NCBI RefSeq assembly: GCF_009914755.1 | Contig: NC_060938.1 | Strand: one strand, 5' to 3' | Length of the DNA: 64,000 nt | DNA from: the human T2T-CHM13v2.0 reference genome, Homo sapiens | Shown here: positions 56,602 to 64,000 of the stretch, one piece after another | Position numbering within the stretch: position 1 is the stretch's first letter | Layout of the letters: every line of letters starts with the position of its first letter | Position numbers and translations under genes: made by a program | The notes under the pieces: generated by a model | What the model saw: the letters and a program-made list of their open reading frames with translations, nothing else | Databases searched by the model: none | What the model was told of the DNA's origin: nothing

Positions 56602-57279
56602 GAACTTTTCTTCATAGTTAATTACTTTAAAGAAAAATCTGAATGCTTGAGATCCCCATAGCCTAATTGTGTATAACAAATTTTTAACTGAGCAAGGATA
56701 TACACAAGAAGGTCTAGGCTCAGCATCCAAATGTAGCAGTTGGGATACATTTGTCAAAAGATCAAAAAATTTCTAATCAGAAATTGTGAGAGTATTTCAA
56801 ATAATGTTAGCTGGTTTTATGAAAATGTCAGAGAACCATTTCATATTTGGTCAGAATTTCTGTGCAGCTTTTGTTGAGAAGCAATAATTTCAGTAATTCT
56901 GGTTAAAATTACTTTATCTGCTAATCTCCCCACACCACATCTGGTTCTAGTATTCTGGCCAAATTCCTACAGAAAAAATAATTATGTTTATGGAACTCCC
57001 CCCTGAGAATAAACAGATAAGCTTACTTCCTAATAAAAATATAAACATTTCCTCATACTCATCAAACACCAAGTCATACATTTTTGTTCCTATATAAAAA
57101 TTCAACCCTAATTCTTCACCTTTAGCTAAAAGAATGAAGCAGAAATGATGTTTTGGCAATTCCAAGCCTATGCCTTGACTTTTTTTATCTCTTGGAACCC
57201 AGCCTAAATAAATCAGGACAAGTCTATTGTACAATGAAAGACATATTGCCTATTTACCTCGTCTTTCCCATTGAGAGAC

Positions 57280-57826
<547 letters not shown>

Positions 57827-60800
57827 ATAGGGTTACCAGTATCTTTAAGTACTAGGAAAAATAGTTATTGAGTACTGTTAGTTCAATGGCAATATGCTTC
57901 CACATTTTATTTTATGAGAGATATGCAAGAAATTGTTAGTATGTTTTTAATAAAAGCAAACTTTTCAATTCTTTTCTAAACCAATGTACCCAATGGTCAG
58001 TCATTTGCTTCTGATTCTCTCTTTGATATCTGATTTTTATCAAATTGAGATTCTATAATTTGTTTAAGCTAAAAACTATTTTTTTCTTTTCTACTTTTCA
58101 TGTATATTCTCTTACTTTTCAAAATATGACCATGACAAAAGTACTGAGTGCTTCCTATGGCAATAGCCAACTGAAACATTCAACTATGATACCAAAATTA
58201 TCTCATTCAGATTATGGGATGAAAATATGTGACGGAACCTATGATCTTACAATTTGCCATTCAATTGGTCATGCCTCTGCTTTTCTTTTCTCTTTAGTCA
58301 TCTAAAATTTTTGGCTAGTTCTCCTTCCATTTCATCCTTAACCTGTAATCTTTTCAGTCAAAGAATCTTACTACAGTGATGTTCATTTTCAAGCAATGTA
58401 TTTGCACCTTTCAGGTTATGTCAAATTGCAGCCACTAAATTGTTTTTTTCCTGTGCTAACTGTAACACAGATTATGCTTTCTGTCCACCTGACTGAAAAA
58501 TGCAGAACGCAAAATTCACCAGATACTTTTGAGGAAAGATCATTTACTCACTGTAATGTGTTAAGTCATTTCATGATGATGATAGTAGAAATGATAAACA
58601 ATCATGGCCAGGCCAGTATGTGAAATAATTTACACTGGAAGGTCACTGGAAAGCTGTCCATCTTTTTGGTATGGCATTTCATTATTAATTTACTAGCAGA
58701 ATTTTCTTTCATATAAAATGAAGACCTACAGCAATGGCAGATTGCTGATAGAGACACTATGAAGTCACAGTGGTATTTTTAAAATTGTTAATGTTCAACA
58801 TATAAAGACTTCTGAGAAAATGAAATTGACATTGACGTCAATCAATGTCAAGCCCTTATCCTCTCTCAGTAGTTAACATCAAAGCTACACATATTTAAAA
58901 GTCAGTTACTGTTTGGTGATTATGGCTTGACAAATAGACTGGTTTTGTCAGATCCCAAAATATCCATGCATCTGTATCACATTTTTGACATTAATATTCC
59001 CTTCTGTGTCCCCACAGAGGCCAATAGTTGAAGAAACCTTGAAGAATGGGCTTCTTTTTTTTTTAAGGACAAAACGATTATTTGCTCTATTAGTAGACAC
59101 AACTTGTAAACTTCCTCACTATTCTAAACAAAGTAGGAAGATAATAAAAATCATTTTCCGAGGTGAAGTAATAAAAATGGAGCACACCAATAAGAATAAC
59201 AGTATCTCATTTGCAGTCGTGATCTCTCTAGGTTAAGTGTATTGTGTATTTTAATTCCCTGTAATGCATATGGGAAAGCTTTCGTACTCCATTCATACTT
59301 CCTAGGATTAAGGTTTTCTATTATAGGACTTAATCAATGTTAAACACCTTTCTTCTGATTTTTCTTATTTTATAAAAAATAAAATAATCCAAGTATATCT
59401 TCAAGTCATTACACTGTTTGTCTTTCTGTGACAACTATGAGCGCTAACAATTTTAACTCCACCACTTGCCTTGAACATAACTCCAGAAATGCAAATGAGA
59501 ATGAAAATACAGTGCAAAACTAATCCCCCACTAAGAGGAATACCATAAAGGAAACTTGAAAGATCCACAGAAGTTGATCTCAAGCCAATTTCCACACACA
59601 CAAAGCTGCGTAATCTTGACTGTATGTTAGATACTTTGTGTCAGAGGGTAGCAGCTTGCACCAAGGCCCACTCATGAAGCCATGTGCCCCAATTATCCAC
59701 CTCTAAGACCATTTCCCTTTAGTGAAAACATAGCTAATATGTGCAATTTAGGGTATCTTTGCCAATTTTTCTTTCTCTAAAAGCTGTGTGGTTATTTACT
59801 GTCATCCACTCACTATAGTTTTCATGATTCCCAAATTGTGATCAGAATTTCTGAATTTAATTGGATCCCTGTTTGTACTGCAAGCAGTGGTAAGGTACAT
59901 CATAAATTAGATTAGGTTTCAGTTCAAGTGAGCTACCTTTCTTAATTCTTCATCTTTCATCTATAACCTGTAAGCACTTTGCAAAAAAGCAGTTTATAGA
60001 CCACTCGATGCAATTAAAATCATAATTTGATACACAGCCTAAATATATCTAATCACATAAACTCTTAATATGCAGCTTTTCAAATGATCTTAAATGTAAT
60101 ATTTCAGTTAATTTTATTTTAAGTTTTTAAATTTTGATTATTTCAGCACAGAAAAAATTTGAAAAAAGATTTCCATTTAGTTTCCGATACTGTTCTGTCT
60201 ACGAGCTTACCCAAATAGTACTACTAACCTGGTAAGTATCCATAGTGTTTTTTAGATTTACTTTGGTAGACAGAAAAATATCCTTATTTAGCAGCTGTTT
60301 AAAATATGTAAACAGAATAACAGAATTACTTCAATTCATTGGTAGAATGCCCAGCTTTAATCCACTAAGTCAGTCATTCATATTTAGTAAGTGATTAAAA
60401 ACACCTAATATATGAAACAAAAAACGCAGAACTGGATTTACAGGGGATTTAGAGACTATGAAGACATTATTTCCATTTTATCCTTGCTTACATAGGGAAA
60501 ATAATACAAATTAGTATAATCATGTGTTACTTAACAACAGGGATAAATTCAGAGAAATGTGTCCTTAGGCAATTTTGTCCTTATATAAATCTCATACAGT
60601 GGACTTACACAAACCTAGGTTGTACAGCCTACATGTCTAGGCTATATGGTATAGTCTTTTGCTCCTAGGCTATAAATTTATTCAGAATGTTTCTGTACTT
60701 AATACTGTAAGCAATTATAACAGAATAATAAGTATTTGTGTATCTAATCATATCTAAACATAGAAAACATACAGTAAAAAATATAGTATAAGAGATAAAA

Positions 60801-61099
60801 AATGGTACACTTGTGTAGGGCACTTACCATGAATGGAGCTTGCAGGACTGGAAGTTGCTGTGGGTGAGTCAGTGAGTAGTGAGTTAATGGGATGGCCTAG
60901 GGCATTACTATTGTACTTTACTGTACTTTATAAACACTATACACTTAGGCTACACTAAATTTATAACAAATGTTTATTTTGATAAAAAAATAACCTAGTT
61001 TACCATAAGCTTTTAACTTTATAGGCTTTTTCTTTTTTTAAAAAAAGTTGACTCTTGTATAATAACACAGCCTAAAATGCAAATACATTGTATAGCTGT

Positions 61100-61475
61100 G
61101 GATATGGTTTGGCTGTGTCCCTACCCAAATCTCATTTTGAATTGTAGTTCACATGATCCCCACATGTTGTGAGATGGACCCAGTGGGAGGTAATTTAATC
61201 ATGGGGGCAGTTACCCTCATGCTGCTCTCGTGACAGTGAATGAGGTCTCACAAGATCTGATGGTTTTATAAGGGGCTTTTCCCTCTTTTGCTTGGCACTT
61301 GTCCTTCCTGCCACCGTGTGAAGAAGGACATGTTTGCTTTCCCTTCCATCATGGTTATCAACTTCCTGAGGCCTCCCCAGCCACGCTGAACTGTGAGCCA
61401 ATTAAACCTCTTTCCTTTATAAATTACCCCATCTTGGGTATGTCTTTATTAGCAGTGTGAGAATGGACTAATACA
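61100..61475 (+). mobile_element. THE1C solo LTR
   Basis: GATATGGTTTGGCTGTGTCCCTACCCAAATCTCA...GAGAATGGACTAATACA; perfect TSD GCTGT (61095-61099, 61476-61480). Confidence 0.93.
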
Positions 61476-61498
61476 GCTGTACAAATATATTTTTTCCC

Positions 61499-61830
<332 letters not shown>

Positions 61831-62512
61831 TAAAAGCTTTCTTCTATTTTAAATTTTATTTTATTTTTACTTTTAAACTTTTTATTAAAAACTAACACAC
61901 AAACACACACATTAAGCCTACACAGGGCTAGGATCCTCCATATCACTGTCTACACCTCCACATCTTATCCCATTGGAAAGTCTTTAGAGGCAATAATACG
62001 CATGGAGCTGTCAACCATTATAACAATGACTTTTTCTGGAATATCTGCTGAAGGACCTACCTGAAACTGTTTTACAGCTAAGTTTTTTTTTTTTACAAGT
62101 AGAAGAAATACATTCTAAAATGACAATTTAAAGTATAGTATAGTAAGTACATAACCAGTACCATAGTCTTTATTATCATAATCAAGTATCATGTACTCTA
62201 TGTAATTGTACGTGTTATACTTTTATACGACTGGCTGCACACTAGATTTGTTTATATCAGCATCACCACAAACAAGCATATAATAAGTTGTACTCTAACA
62301 TTATGATGGCTATCACCAGGAGATAAAAATTTTTCAGCTCCATAATCATCTTATGATACCAGTGTCATAATGCAGGTCATTGCTCACTGAAACATTATTA
62401 TGCAGTGCATAATTGTACGCAAAAACACAATTCAGTAATACTGGTTTGTGGTGAAAGAGTTCTACTATGAGAAACTTACTCTAGTAACAGCTCTGCTACT
62501 AGTTAAATGTAA

Positions 62513-62815
<303 letters not shown>

Positions 62816-62986
62816 AAATGTAAATTCTTAAACAAGAAATATATCTTGCTTGTTTCCTCAATGACAAGTCATTTGTCTTATAAGTATCTCTTAAATACAA
62901 GATTTAAAATAGCATAGGCTAGAAGTTATCTAAATTCCATGAAATTGAGGTATTCTGAGATATTCTATGGACATTGAGAAAAAAGT

Positions 62987-63034
62987 ATATATATATGATA
63001 TATATATATCCATATATATCATATATATATATCC

Positions 63035-63092
<58 letters not shown>
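62987..63092. repeat. Compound (TA)-rich/(TG)n/(TA)n microsatellite
   Basis: Directly visible. Confidence 0.95.
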
Positions 63093-64000
63093 TTACACTG
63101 GTATTTACACTGGTTCCTATGAGAGATATTATTACCCAGAGTTCAATAGTGTTACTATTGGGTGAACATTTCTTTCATGTCTTAGTTTCCTTCATGCCTG
63201 ATCCAGTCCATTTGTAACTTAAAGTATTTCTGTTGTGCTATGTTGATTTTCATATGGACACATTCAGCAAAGCAGAAGCTATCTCTCCAGTACATCTAAG
63301 TTGCTAACTATGCAGTGTAGTAGTAGACAAATTAATGAAAAATAATAATTATGCTTTTCTGTATACATAAATTTCACTGTTCCGTGCTTGGTTAGCAACT
63401 AATGAGATGGGTTCAATGCAATGAAAATATGAGAAAGGTCAGAATTACAAAAATAAGAAAATGACTCTAGTTGACTATTCAAAATTAAACACAAACTTAT
63501 CAAAAAACAAAACACCTACCATCAGAAATCACTGCAAAAAGCATGAACTGAGGCCCAGAGATGAAATCACTATCTCTCCCAAGAGAACAACACAAATGCT
63601 TCATGTCATTAAACTGTCCAGGTAGAAGCTTAAACACCAAGCTAATAAAATATGTTGAGAGAGAATTAAGCTATTCAAGTTACTTTTCAAAGTACAACTG
63701 TGCTTCAGAAAACAATTAATCATACCCAGGTGCAATATATTTCATTCTGCCAACAACAGTCTGTGACAGAAAAGACTGAAGAGAAAATTAGCCTCTCCTT
63801 TTATGGAAGGATGGACTGATTGTAGAGTTGTTGATAAGCACAAGTGCTGTTTGCGCGTGCATGTGTGTTTGCCTCTGTGTATCAGTGTCTGCGTGAATTT
63901 TCCCTAACAATTCTTTAAATCAGTTTAAAATGAACAAACCAGCCTTTTGCTGATATCTTAAATGTATTCATTTTTTGTCATCAGAATCAGAGTTATTGTA

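Overview
AT-rich, CpG-depleted primate (human-like) non-coding DNA. I find no supportable protein-coding gene, RNA gene, CpG island or CRISPR array; the ORF track consists of short chance ORFs and repeat-derived ORFs. Much of the window is interspersed repeat: 9 Alus, L1s (L1PA3/4, L1PA15/16, L1PB, old L1M), L2, MIR, CR1/L3, LTR elements (MER41B, MLT1, MSTA, THE1C and a complete two-LTR MSTC-type MaLR provirus) and DNA transposons (MER53, MER20, MER30, Tigger3b). The most notable items are: (1) a near-full-length fossil hAT/Charlie (Charlie5-like) transposon at about 31059-35688, whose decayed minus-strand transposase is absent from the ORF track and is split by L1 insertions; (2) a MER41B LTR keeping one intact GAS/STAT site and carrying a tailless Alu with an adjacent deletion; (3) a snap-back templated insertion at 55873-55961; (4) an unexplained 145-bp direct duplication spaced 686 bp apart; (5) several palindromic, non-B-DNA-prone tracts. 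Subfamily names come from recalled consensus sequences, not a database search, and boundaries of old repeats are approximate. I do not see convincing evidence of a new biological system, and I cannot identify the locus.
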